The notes beneath the pieces were generated by a model. The model made no database searches. It was not told the DNA's origin and saw only the letters and a list, made by a program, of their open reading frames with translations. From Flavobacteriales bacterium (GTDB taxonomy: Bacteria > Bacteroidota > Bacteroidia > NS11-12g > UBA9320), in assembly GCA_020635355.1 (NCBI GenBank), contig JACJZW010000004.1, forward strand, positions 129,226-193,225: DNA of 64,000 nucleotides, in the 5' to 3' direction. Both the position numbers and the translations under genes were made by a program. Each line of letters opens with the position of its first letter. Positions within the stretch are counted from its first letter, which is position 1. Shown one piece after another: positions 11,474 to 21,244 of the stretch.

Positions 11474-12604
11474 ATGGCAGAAGAGAAGCAGTATGATTTG
11501 TTGATTGTTGGCGCCGGTCCGGTGGGTTGTGTGGTGGCAGAGCGCGCAGCCAGACTTAAAGGTTGGCGATCACTGATCATTGAAAAGCGAAACCACATTG
11601 CTGGGAATTGTTACGATCGGTATCATGAAAGTGGCGTTTTGATTCATCAGTATGGTCCGCATTATTTTAGGACCAATAAGAAAGAACTGTTTGACTACTT
11701 GAGTGAGTTCACCGGATGGATTCCGGGGAATTACATCGTCAAATCGTCAACCCGAGGTGAGTTATTTCCCTTTCCCATCAACCTTAAAACACTGGAGCAG
11801 TTTTTTGGTCGGACCTTTACCGCTGAAGAAGCTGAAGCCTTTCTCGAAGAGATTCGGATTAAAAAGGATCATATAGATAACTCCGAAGACTTCGTCCTAT
11901 CCCGCGTGGGCAAGGAAATGTACGAGGCGTTTTACCTGGGTTATACCCTAAAGCAATGGGAAAAACACCCCCGGGAACTCAATAAGAGTGTATGCGGACG
12001 AATTCCGATCCGGTTTAATCGTGATGAGCGTTACGTGGATCATGATTATCAGTTCACCCCCGACAAAGGATTTACGGAGCTGTTCACCCGTATGACCGAT
12101 CATGAATTGATTGATATCCGGTTAGAAACCGATTTCGAATCAATCCGTGGTGAGATTACGCCTCGGATAGCCACACTTTACAGTGGTCCGGTGGATGCTT
12201 ATTTTAACTATCAATTGGGAAAACTGCCATGGCGATCCCTTGATTTTACTTTTACGGAATATCCCGAAGAATATGTTCAGCCCTGCGTTCAGATCAATTA
12301 CCCCAATGATCATCCCTATACGCGTTCGGTTGAGATCAAGCATGTGACGCAGCAAAAGAGTCCGAATACCGTAGTGAGTTATGAGGTGCCGGTTTCGGAA
12401 GGTGATCCGTATTACCCCATTCCGGCGGATGCCAATGCGGAGTTGTATCAACAATACAAGGTATTGGCCGATGAGGAAAATCGGAAGAATAAGGTCTATT
12501 TTACAGGCCGACTAGCGCGCTATACCTACATCAATACCGATGAGGCTATTGAGATGGCCCTGGATACCATTAATGAGATAATTCGTGACGCAGAAGAAGG
12601 ATAA
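11474..12604 (+). CDS. glf: UDP-galactopyranose mutase
   Basis: 376 aa; N-terminal FAD-binding GxGxxG (LIVGAGPVGCV) and UGM-like motifs (HQYGPHYF, YTLKQWEK). Confidence 0.7.
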   Translation: MAEEKQYDLLIVGAGPVGCVVAERAARLKGWRSLIIEKRNHIAGNCYDRYHESGVLIHQYGPHYFRTNKKELFDYLSEFTGWIPGNYIVKSSTRGELFPFPINLKTLEQFFGRTFTAEEAEAFLEEIRIKKDHIDNSEDFVLSRVGKEMYEAFYLGYTLKQWEKHPRELNKSVCGRIPIRFNRDERYVDHDYQFTPDKGFTELFTRMTDHELIDIRLETDFESIRGEITPRIATLYSGPVDAYFNYQLGKLPWRSLDFTFTEYPEEYVQPCVQINYPNDHPYTRSVEIKHVTQQKSPNTVVSYEVPVSEGDPYYPIPADANAELYQQYKVLADEENRKNKVYFTGRLARYTYINTDEAIEMALDTINEIIRDAEEG

Positions 12605-13313
12605 CGTTTGGATCATCATGCCGGTGTACAACGAGGAGGCATCCATCGGCCATGTGCTGGATGTTTGGATTCCGGTTTTTGATGAACATCTGGAACGCTA
12701 TACCCTGTGCGTTTTAAACGATGGGTCCAAGGACAATACACGGGATATACTGGATGAGTATGCCAATCGGTTCCCGCAACTGAGTGTGGTGCACAAAGAC
12801 AATTCAGGTCATGGGCAAACGTGTATCTACGGATATGAAATCGCGTTGAAAGAAGGGGCAGAATGGGTTTTTCAGATTGATTCAGACGGACAATGTAATC
12901 CAAAGCACTTTTCGGCGGTGTTAACCAAGAGCGAACAAAATCCCGTGGTGTACGGATTTCGAAAAACCCGGGACGATGGCTGGAAACGCTATTATATTTC
13001 GCGTGTCGTGAGCATTTTCATTTGGATTGCCACCGGTGTTTGGGTCCGGGATGCCAATGTGCCGTATCGGTTCATGCATAAATCAACCCTCATTCACATC
13101 TTGCCCTTGGTTCCAAAGGATTTCCATCTGGCGAATATTTTGATCTCGACGTACCAGCAGTATCGATATGGAATCCAATGGGTAAACATTCATTTTGACG
13201 ATCGATTTGGTGGTGAGCCATCGGTAAAGGTGTCGCTTTTTGCCAAGCACGGAATCGTGATGTTTAACCAGTTGAGAAGTGCCTTTAAAGCAGTGAAGGC
13301 TGCGAAGGTTTAG
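12585..13313 (+). CDS. family 2 glycosyltransferase
   Basis: GT2-type N-terminus (IIMPVYNEEASI) and a DxD-like region. It overlaps the glf 3' end; an alternative start lies at the internal Met at 12618. Confidence 0.7.
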   Translation: MTQKKDNVWIIMPVYNEEASIGHVLDVWIPVFDEHLERYTLCVLNDGSKDNTRDILDEYANRFPQLSVVHKDNSGHGQTCIYGYEIALKEGAEWVFQIDSDGQCNPKHFSAVLTKSEQNPVVYGFRKTRDDGWKRYYISRVVSIFIWIATGVWVRDANVPYRFMHKSTLIHILPLVPKDFHLANILISTYQQYRYGIQWVNIHFDDRFGGEPSVKVSLFAKHGIVMFNQLRSAFKAVKAAKV

Positions 13314-13354
13314 CCTTCTTCACATCCTCATCATTCTGATGTATCTTTTGCCGG

Positions 13355-14839
13355 ATGAACCGGCTAATTTCACGTAGCACATCAATTTTTCGTTCTTGGG
13401 GCAGTCAATTGACAATCCTGGCAGTGGTTCTCCTCTCCTTATTCCCCTTATTTGGTCATCTGGATTCACAGCCTCTGCGCCTGTGGGATGAATCCCGATT
13501 AGCCCACAATGCCGCTGAGATGTATAACTCAGAATCGTATTTGGTGGTGCAATTTCAAGGTAAACCGGAACATTGGAGCACCAAGCCCCCGTTAATGATC
13601 TGGCTGCAATGTCTGAGTTATAAGGTGGTTGGTGTGAACGAAATGGGAGTGCGTTTACCCTCCGCATTTGCCGGATTGATGTTGATCATGTGCATGGTTT
13701 GGTTTCTTATCAAAATGCGGCTCAGTCCAGCTTGGGCAATCGTTGCCATGATTCTACTTTTATCCATTCGGGGCTTTAACGGAGAACACGGTATTCGATA
13801 CGGAGAATATGATGGGTTATTAGCCCTCTTTGTATTGATTCAACTTACTGGCTTTACATTTTGGCTGATTCACCCATCCGAACCCGATGCCAAATTTCGA
13901 TGGTTGTTCTATCTGGGAATGGTGGGTGCCGTGTGGACAAAGGGGATTGCCGGATTGTTACTCGCGCCGGTTTACCTGTTTTGGATGATCCGGATGTTAG
14001 GCTGGAGAGAATTAGTCAAATTGATTCCGGAATGGTGTGTCATTTCCATTCTACTTTTTGGCTACTACCCCATTCGGGAGTTATTGGATCCCGGCTATCT
14101 GAAGGCGGTTTGGAATAACGAAATTTCCCAACGGTTTACGGGTAATCTGGAGAACCACCGGGAAGAATGGACGTATTATTTTCATGAATTTCATCATCAA
14201 ACCTCCGGGAGTTGGATAATCATGCTGCTGATTATTACTCTTGGAATATATTACTCCAATAGTCCATTACGGCGGGTACTGATTTTCTTGTCCAGTGCTG
14301 CGTTAATTTTGTTTGTCATACTAAATCTGGCATCCACCAAGATTTATTGGTACCTATTGCCGATATATCCTATCCTCGTTTTAACCACCGTTTTGGTTGT
14401 TTCAAGGGGTCTTCAAACGGTAACCTCAACAAAAAGAAAGGTCGTAAAATGGGGGGTGTACGTTCTTATTGGAGCGGTATCGAGTGTTTTATACGGTCGA
14501 TTGATCATCTCAACTTCCCACATAACCGCCCATGTACCTGGCGATCATGGATTTTATGAAGTCACCAATTTTATACGATCTCAGCTTGGATCAAAGGATA
14601 CACTGCATTGGACGTTCATTGATACGGATTACAGTGGTCATAATTGGTGGTACATTGATCGTTTAAACGAACAAGGACATGATATGGTGTACGATATTCA
14701 CCTGGATTCAGTTGAAAAAGGGGATATTCTCCTTTTACGTCAAAAGGAAATCAGAGATTCCGTTAAGGTGATGTATCATACGCAAAACGTCTTTAATCAC
14801 ACTGACTATAGCCTGATCAAGTTGTACGATCTCAGATAA
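13355..14839 (+). CDS. polytopic membrane glycosyltransferase (ArnT/PMT-like, GT39/GT83-type)
   Basis: 494 aa with many predicted transmembrane segments; it follows glf and the GT2. Confidence 0.5.
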   Translation: MNRLISRSTSIFRSWGSQLTILAVVLLSLFPLFGHLDSQPLRLWDESRLAHNAAEMYNSESYLVVQFQGKPEHWSTKPPLMIWLQCLSYKVVGVNEMGVRLPSAFAGLMLIMCMVWFLIKMRLSPAWAIVAMILLLSIRGFNGEHGIRYGEYDGLLALFVLIQLTGFTFWLIHPSEPDAKFRWLFYLGMVGAVWTKGIAGLLLAPVYLFWMIRMLGWRELVKLIPEWCVISILLFGYYPIRELLDPGYLKAVWNNEISQRFTGNLENHREEWTYYFHEFHHQTSGSWIIMLLIITLGIYYSNSPLRRVLIFLSSAALILFVILNLASTKIYWYLLPIYPILVLTTVLVVSRGLQTVTSTKRKVVKWGVYVLIGAVSSVLYGRLIISTSHITAHVPGDHGFYEVTNFIRSQLGSKDTLHWTFIDTDYSGHNWWYIDRLNEQGHDMVYDIHLDSVEKGDILLLRQKEIRDSVKVMYHTQNVFNHTDYSLIKLYDLR

Positions 14840-14896
14840 ACCATGACTGATCGTCAGGCTACCTACGTGATTCCGATCATTTCAAAATCTACATTC

Positions 14897-14981
14897 AAAA
14901 ACTTAAACGTTTAAAATTCCCACCCAACGCGGTGAAAAGAGGAATCTGTTGTAATCGTAATTTTCTGAGTTGAGCGATTGC
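14897..14981. repeat. ~85-bp direct repeat, copy A (about 93% identical to copy B at 16971..17055)
   Basis: aaaaacttaaacgtttaaaattcccacccaacgcggtgaaaagaggaatctgttgtaatcgtaattttctgagttgagcgattgc; aligned to copy B by eye, with 6 mismatches. Confidence 0.7.
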
Positions 14982-15266
14982 GCTTAACCACGATAGATGT
15001 ATATTATCATAATCTGTCATAGCGAGCATAGATTGGGATAACCGTTAACCTGGCTCAGTTGAACTGAGAATAGATTTGTCATTTTTTCTATTTTTAAACA
15101 GTTCCAAAAACCGATAAGGCTACTAAAACGTGTAGGTTACACGCGGGCAAAAAGCAAATGATTTAGTTTGAATAAGTTTTTACTTTAGAGCAAAAGAGAT
15201 AAATTTACTTGGTGTTGTTCTGATTTTATTGGCAATGTGCACTCAATTATCAATTTGTAGTTTGGC

Positions 15267-15884
15267 ATGAAGCTCTTTTCAATTTTTTGTCTTGTTTTTT
15301 TAGGGCAAATGGCTTTAGGACAAAACCACAACTTAGTACAACATAAAAAGTATTTTAATACAGAGCTGAAGCATTGGGTAGGAAGCTTTAACAATTTCAA
15401 GTTATCAGACTTTAAGCTTGTTGATACTTTGCACTTTGACACTAATTATCCTCAGGAAATTAAGTCGTTAGAGAAGTTCTTGTCCGTTTATAAGCCTATC
15501 ATTACATTTTCTGATGACAGTTCAAAGTTCATTGACATCTATAGTTATCAATTAAACCTTGAAAGGAACGGAAATCATTATCAGGCAAATCCAGACATAG
15601 ATCAAGCAATATTATTGTATGACGCCAAGGCAAAATATTGGAATAGAATTTTCTTTGGAACAAGTTCACAATGGATTGACGAAGTTTTATGGGTTTCAAA
15701 GACACAATTTATCTTAGTTGGTATTACGAAGTCAGAACAGGACAAAAAACAACCACTAGTACTTTTGGGCGACACTAATGAACAGTGGCTGATTAAATAT
15801 GTTGACCTTAATAAACTAACATTTCAAAACAATAATGGGTATTCATCATCAAAGTTGAAGCGAATTAGGATTGAAGGACTCTAG
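15267..15884 (+). CDS. hypothetical secreted protein
   Basis: Signal peptide MKLFSIFCLVFLGQMALGQ. AT-rich gene lying inside the direct-repeat-flanked insert. Confidence 0.5.
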   Translation: MKLFSIFCLVFLGQMALGQNHNLVQHKKYFNTELKHWVGSFNNFKLSDFKLVDTLHFDTNYPQEIKSLEKFLSVYKPIITFSDDSSKFIDIYSYQLNLERNGNHYQANPDIDQAILLYDAKAKYWNRIFFGTSSQWIDEVLWVSKTQFILVGITKSEQDKKQPLVLLGDTNEQWLIKYVDLNKLTFQNNNGYSSSKLKRIRIEGL

Positions 15885-16072
15885 AGTCACATGTTGCCTT
15901 GGAAGACGATTAACATTGGAACCATAATATCATCTCAAACCACTGAATTTGTAAAATGACATTAACGCACGGGCTTTCCAGACGGGTACCATCAAAATCA
16001 GATCAATCCGTTATAAACCGATAAGGCTTCCAGGGTAATCAAATAAGCAATAAACTAATAAGACACTAGCAA

Positions 16073-16732
16073 ATGGCGAAATGTTTCTTGATACTAATCA
16101 TACCATGGGTTCCATTCAAAGTAAAGGGATCGGTTTTTGCCAATAAACCCTATAATTATTCTGTTACTTTTCAATCATCCTCTTACTCCAAATTTGTAAG
16201 ATCGTTCGACTATCCGGAGTGGAAAATTAACCCTAAAACAATGTTGTTTGGTGGGAGAGCGCTATCTTTTACGATGGCTTTAAATGAAAGGTGGAATGTG
16301 GATATTTCTGGGCGCTCGATCGATAAATGGGCAGATTTGGATCTGCTTTTTATCAATGTTCCATTTGGAGTTGTTCCAGATAAACCGGCAGGGATTCTTG
16401 AGTATCAGTTGGAAATTGGGGTGAGTCAGGAGATTGAGCTAATCCCCAAGTTGAATCTATTACCAGAAGTGGGCATAGTTTTTCGTGAGATTACCTATGT
16501 GTACATGATAAGAATACCTGTGGAATATCTTACACTTAAACCGGAACCTCCTATTCATAATGCCGGTTTAAGGTATTCATGTTCCTTACTGTATTCTGCT
16601 GGTAAAAAGGAAAGAGTGCTTCTTGGAATTACTGGGGGATATTGCGATTTTAATGGTCTAGATACTTGGTTACTTGGATACCAGCTCGGAGTGCGATTTA
16701 ATGTTAAGAGAAAAATTGTGATTAATGAATGA
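16073..16732 (+). CDS. hypothetical protein
   Basis: 219-aa ORF in the same AT-rich insert; nothing recognisable in the sequence. Confidence 0.4.
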   Translation: MAKCFLILIIPWVPFKVKGSVFANKPYNYSVTFQSSSYSKFVRSFDYPEWKINPKTMLFGGRALSFTMALNERWNVDISGRSIDKWADLDLLFINVPFGVVPDKPAGILEYQLEIGVSQEIELIPKLNLLPEVGIVFREITYVYMIRIPVEYLTLKPEPPIHNAGLRYSCSLLYSAGKKERVLLGITGGYCDFNGLDTWLLGYQLGVRFNVKRKIVINE

Positions 16733-16970
16733 CTTGTAGGACAATCAGCTAACTATGCGTAGAATACATCGAGAACTACAAATGACTTTGTAGTAAAGGT
16801 GTGTTGTCGATTGGTGTAATTACTCTAACACTTCTAAAAACCCCCTTGTTATTATTCTGAACTAAGGGAGGTTGTGATTTCCGACACGTCGTGATTGAAA
16901 GAAGTAATTGATTTGATGGTGAATTTTGGCAAAATCTTCCTGAAGGTATAACGAATGCACCACCCCACTA

Positions 16971-17055
16971 AAAAACTTAAACGTTTAAAATTTCCACCCA
17001 ACGCGGTGAAATGAGGAATCTGTTGTATTCGTGATTTTCTTCGTTGAGCGATTGC
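16971..17055. repeat. ~85-bp direct repeat, copy B (immediately upstream of ssb; likely includes the ssb promoter/leader)
   Basis: aaaaacttaaacgtttaaaatttccacccaacgcggtgaaatgaggaatctgttgtattcgtgattttcttcgttgagcgattgc; it ends 23 bp before the ssb ATG. Confidence 0.7.
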
Positions 17056-17078
17056 ATTCGCACTAAATCAAATCAACT

Positions 17079-17420
17079 ATGAAAAGTTTACGAAACAGCG
17101 TACGCCTGATGGGCAATCTCGGATCAGATCCGGAGGTGCGCGAAACCAACAACGGGAAGAAACTGGCCAAATTCAGTCTGGCCACTAATGAGACCTATCG
17201 CAAGCAAGATGGGGAACAAGTAACCGAAACACAATGGCACAATCTTGTGGCCTGGGGTAAAACGGCCGAAATCGTTCAGAAGTACCTGTCCAAAGGACGC
17301 GAGGTATCCATCGAAGGAAAACTCACCAACCGCAGTTGGGAAGATGAATCCGGAACCAAGAAATACATCACGGAAATCGTGGTAAACGAATTATTGCTCA
17401 CCGGCAAAAAAGAAGCCTAG
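17079..17420 (+). CDS. ssb: single-stranded DNA-binding protein (short form, OB-fold only)
   Basis: 113 aa with an SSB-like OB-fold (MGNLGSDPEVRETNNGKKLAKFSLATNE...TQWHNLVAWGK...). No C-terminal acidic DDIPF-type tail. Confidence 0.85.
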   Translation: MKSLRNSVRLMGNLGSDPEVRETNNGKKLAKFSLATNETYRKQDGEQVTETQWHNLVAWGKTAEIVQKYLSKGREVSIEGKLTNRSWEDESGTKKYITEIVVNELLLTGKKEA

Positions 17421-17438
17421 AACCGGCAGTGATGTGAT

Positions 17439-17473
17439 AACCCATCCGGTCTTCGGATTGGATGGGTTTTTTG
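17439..17473 (+). terminator. rho-independent terminator after ssb
   Basis: AACCCATCC...GGATGGGTT stem followed by TTTTTT. Confidence 0.6.
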
Positions 17474-17623
17474 TACTTTCGCAGGGCATTAGACAGGGGT
17501 GTCGGACATGAATCCGGCTGAGATTATACCCGTTGAACCTGATGCGGTTCATACCGCCGAAGGGAGTCATTGGAGTGTTCTGCACCGCTTTCCTGCGCGT
17601 ATTTATTATTTATACCCATTGCG

Positions 17624-20080
17624 ATGAACATCAGAAACTCCCTTCTTTTAGTCCTATTTGTTGCGCTGATTGGATCCACCCTTTGTGCCCAACAAGTTGT
17701 GTTTACCCTGGTTGATCGGACAACTAATTTACCTATTGAACATGTTGAGGTTGTTATCATATCGCCCAATAAATCAACTTCAGATCCTGTTGCCAGGTAT
17801 ATCACCAATTCATCCGGAAAGCTCACAGCAAACGTGTCATCGTCCCAACGATATACGGTAATTACACATCATATATCCTACGAGACCGACACCTTTTACT
17901 GGCACAACCAAAACCCGTTCGTGATCCAACTTACACCAACAACGGAGAAAATGGAGGAAGCATTAATTACCGCTGTTCGTCCTTCCAAGGAAGTGCCATC
18001 AACCACCACATTGGTTACCAAGGAGGAGATTGATCGGGTGAATTTTGGTCAGGACATGCCAGTGTTATTATCTCAAACTCCTTCAACCGTCACGAGCAGT
18101 GATGCCGGTTCAGGAGTGGGGTATACCGGTATCCGAATTCGTGGAATAGATCCAACGCGGGTGAATGTGACCATCAACGGCATTCCATTGAATGATGCCG
18201 AGTCCCACGGTGTTTATTGGGTTGACTTGCCCGACTTTGCCAGCAGTTCCAACAGTATTCAGATTCAACGTGGTGTGGGAACCAGTACCAATGGCGCCGG
18301 GGCATTCGGGGCGAGCATTAACATCAAATCAGATCATGTTGAGCGCAATCCGTTCGTAGTAGCTGATGTCGGATATGGGTCATTTAACACAAGAAGAATC
18401 TCAATCCAACAAGGTACTGGCGTATCAAAAACTGGTTGGGGGCTGCAATCCCGGTTGTCCTTGATTCAATCGGACGGCTTTATTGATCGCGCCTCATCGG
18501 ATTTGCGATCGCTTTTTCTGACTGCCGCACATTACGGGAAGCGGGATCTGTTAAAATTCAATGTAATTCTGGGTCACGAACGCACGTATCAAGCCTGGTA
18601 TGGCGTTCCGCAACCCTATTTTAATCAGGATAAGGACGGCACAGAAGCCTTCATGAATGAGTTGTATTTCACTCCGGAAGATCGAGATCACCTATATGCC
18701 AGCAAATACAACCGATACAATCCATATACCTATGAAAATGAAGTTGACAATTACGACCAACATCACTTCCAGGGATTCTATAACCGACGATTAAAAGGAG
18801 GCATTCACTTAAATACAGGTTTACACTACACCAAGGGTTTTGGTTATTATGAGCAGTATCGTCCGGATGATGAGTTTGCCACCTATGGGTGGGATACTGT
18901 AATGCTTGGTGGTGATACCATTAGGTCTGGTGATTTTATCCGACGAAGATGGTTGGATAATGATTTCTATGGAATGATCTTCTCCCTGAACATTCCGGTT
19001 GATCATATAAATCTAATCGCAGGTGGCGGCGTACATCGTTACATCGGCAGGCATTGTGGAGAAGTGATCTGGGCACAATTTGGCTCTGACGGCTTCCTCG
19101 GAGATCGATATTACAACCAGGACGCCAGAAAAGATGATGCCAATCTTTACCTCAAGTTAACCACCAATTACCAGGACCATCTTTTCTTTTATGGCGACAT
19201 GCAGGTCAGAACGGTGACCTATGACCTTGATATGGTGAGTGGACATCTCAATGAACAACTCACATTCTTCAATCCCAAGGCTGGGGCAACGTACGGATGG
19301 GGAGCAAAACGAAATCATACGGCTCATATTATGCTGGCTGTGGCCAACAGGGAACCCGTTCGGGACGATTATGTCTCAGCACCTAATAGTTTCAAACTTC
19401 GACATGAAAACCTTCGGAATCTGGAGGTTGGAAACGAATGGCAATTCCGAAAAGTGACGGGGCGAATCAATGGGTACTACATGTATTACCGATACCAATT
19501 GGTTTTAACAGGAGAGATCAATGATGTGGGCGATTACATCCGAACCAATGTCCCTAAAAGTTATCGGGCCGGGGTAGAAACAGAGGTGGCCTATGAGCCC
19601 AATTCATCCTGGAGGATCACCGCAAATGCCACCTTTAGCCAGAATAAAATTGTTGAATTCACGGAGTATGTGGATGATTGGAGTACGGGTGATCAAGTGG
19701 CGTTTGATCATGTGAAAAGTGATTTAGCCTTTTCCCCGGCGTTGATTGGGTTCGCGTCCATCGAGTATCGGGTTAAACCGCAAATAAATCTGAATCTAAA
19801 TGGGAAATATGTCTCCCAACAATACCTGGATAATAGCCAAAGTGCAGAACGAAGTTTACCTGCCTTCTACGTAACCAACTTTACGGCCTCCAAGGACTGG
19901 GTTCTAAAGAAAGGTACCCAAATTTCATTGGGACTTCAGGTGAATAATTTACTGGATGTGGATTATGCTCCAAATGGGTACACCTTTGGGACCATGGATG
20001 CCGGTGTACGAAAGAGCTACAACTACGTTTACCCGATGGCAGGCAGACACGGGATGATTCGATTAAAAGTTAAAATCTGA
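17624..20080 (+). CDS. TonB-dependent outer-membrane receptor with N-terminal carboxypeptidase-regulatory-like domain
   Basis: Signal peptide MNIRNSLLLVLFVALIGSTLCAQQ, plug and barrel regions, and a C-terminal aromatic-rich beta-barrel end. The ORF-track start at 17570 is probably too early. Confidence 0.8.
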   Translation: MNIRNSLLLVLFVALIGSTLCAQQVVFTLVDRTTNLPIEHVEVVIISPNKSTSDPVARYITNSSGKLTANVSSSQRYTVITHHISYETDTFYWHNQNPFVIQLTPTTEKMEEALITAVRPSKEVPSTTTLVTKEEIDRVNFGQDMPVLLSQTPSTVTSSDAGSGVGYTGIRIRGIDPTRVNVTINGIPLNDAESHGVYWVDLPDFASSSNSIQIQRGVGTSTNGAGAFGASINIKSDHVERNPFVVADVGYGSFNTRRISIQQGTGVSKTGWGLQSRLSLIQSDGFIDRASSDLRSLFLTAAHYGKRDLLKFNVILGHERTYQAWYGVPQPYFNQDKDGTEAFMNELYFTPEDRDHLYASKYNRYNPYTYENEVDNYDQHHFQGFYNRRLKGGIHLNTGLHYTKGFGYYEQYRPDDEFATYGWDTVMLGGDTIRSGDFIRRRWLDNDFYGMIFSLNIPVDHINLIAGGGVHRYIGRHCGEVIWAQFGSDGFLGDRYYNQDARKDDANLYLKLTTNYQDHLFFYGDMQVRTVTYDLDMVSGHLNEQLTFFNPKAGATYGWGAKRNHTAHIMLAVANREPVRDDYVSAPNSFKLRHENLRNLEVGNEWQFRKVTGRINGYYMYYRYQLVLTGEINDVGDYIRTNVPKSYRAGVETEVAYEPNSSWRITANATFSQNKIVEFTEYVDDWSTGDQVAFDHVKSDLAFSPALIGFASIEYRVKPQINLNLNGKYVSQQYLDNSQSAERSLPAFYVTNFTASKDWVLKKGTQISLGLQVNNLLDVDYAPNGYTFGTMDAGVRKSYNYVYPMAGRHGMIRLKVKI

Positions 20081-20986
20081 TCAAAAGAGCGATACCTCGT
20101 TCATAAATAACCAGATCGGCGTGGGGACTACATAAATAAAATCACCCCAAAACCGGAACCACTCCTGATCCCTAAAGCGTTCTTCAAATTGTAAGGTCAA
20201 AAGCAGGACATTCAACATCACCAAGACCGAAATGGTGGCAGATATCTTCAAATCGGCTTTGCCAAAAAACGCATACAGTGTTAACAGGGTGAAGGCCAGA
20301 GTAAGCATGGAGTAAATCCGACCTCGTATCCGGTCAGGTCCAATGATTCCGGACCCGGAAAGTAACTGGTTGGTTTGATCACCCTCGTGATCAAAGTAGG
20401 TAAATATCAATAGGTTGGCATAGTTTATTACGGCAAACAAGGCTATAATGGTAAGATCGGTGAGGTCCCAGCTTAATTGTCCGCATAGCCCGGGATACAC
20501 AATCATCCCAACCGCCACCATCACCGCGATGAACACTTCTTTCACCGTGCCGGCGAGTCCGGTTTTCCAACGCCAGAAAAGAACGAAGTAGATGGCAACC
20601 ATCCCAAGAAGAATCAAACCGTTCTCGAGCATCCACCACGGAAAAAACTGAATCACCACATACACATCAAAAAGGGCAATGGCACAAACCGTTGGTATCA
20701 GGATTTGGCGGTACTGGTAGTGGATCGCGTGCCTCAAAAAAATGGCGTCGTCCTTTAACCGAAGACCGTCCAACAAATGGTCGGAGGTGTAAATGATCCA
20801 AACCCCGGATCCAATAATCCAATATAAAGATAAGGGTACTACTGCGTGAAAGTACTGGACAAAGAAGTAGGCGGTGGATACGGAACCCAACACCACCATG
20901 ACACTAAAGGTATTGACAAAGGAAACGATGGAAAGGTCGCGAATGGAAGTAGCCTCTCCGTCGGAGCGCATATCAGTCAACGGCAA
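20081..20986 (-). CDS. polytopic membrane protein (possibly a divergent UbiA-like prenyltransferase)
   Basis: 301 aa with ~8 hydrophobic segments and Asp-rich loops (SDHLLDGLRLKDD, YFDHEGD). Confidence 0.4.
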   Translation of the reverse strand: MPLTDMRSDGEATSIRDLSIVSFVNTFSVMVVLGSVSTAYFFVQYFHAVVPLSLYWIIGSGVWIIYTSDHLLDGLRLKDDAIFLRHAIHYQYRQILIPTVCAIALFDVYVVIQFFPWWMLENGLILLGMVAIYFVLFWRWKTGLAGTVKEVFIAVMVAVGMIVYPGLCGQLSWDLTDLTIIALFAVINYANLLIFTYFDHEGDQTNQLLSGSGIIGPDRIRGRIYSMLTLAFTLLTLYAFFGKADLKISATISVLVMLNVLLLTLQFEERFRDQEWFRFWGDFIYVVPTPIWLFMNEVSLF

Positions 20987-21242
20987 TCACCCCTTTGAGT
21001 TCGGGGTATACTTTACGGATGCTGTCTTCAATGCCGGCCTTCATGGTAATGTGGCTGATTTCACAACTCCCGCATGCTCCCAACAATTTAAGATGAACAA
21101 CATCTTCACTGTCCACCTCAATGAGTTGAACATCGCCGCCATCGGCTTTCAGAAATGGGCGAATGGAATCGAGCGCACCTTCAATGCGTTCAACCAATTC
21201 ACCTCGATTCACCTTAGTTTCCATCGGTTCGAAATTACGCAA
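20973..21242 (-). CDS. NifU-like Fe-S cluster assembly domain protein
   Basis: 89 aa with a CxxC motif (LGACGSC) typical of the NifU C-terminal domain; adjacent to mrp. Confidence 0.75.
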   Translation of the reverse strand: MRNFEPMETKVNRGELVERIEGALDSIRPFLKADGGDVQLIEVDSEDVVHLKLLGACGSCEISHITMKAGIEDSIRKVYPELKGVIAVD

Positions 21243-21244
21243 AT

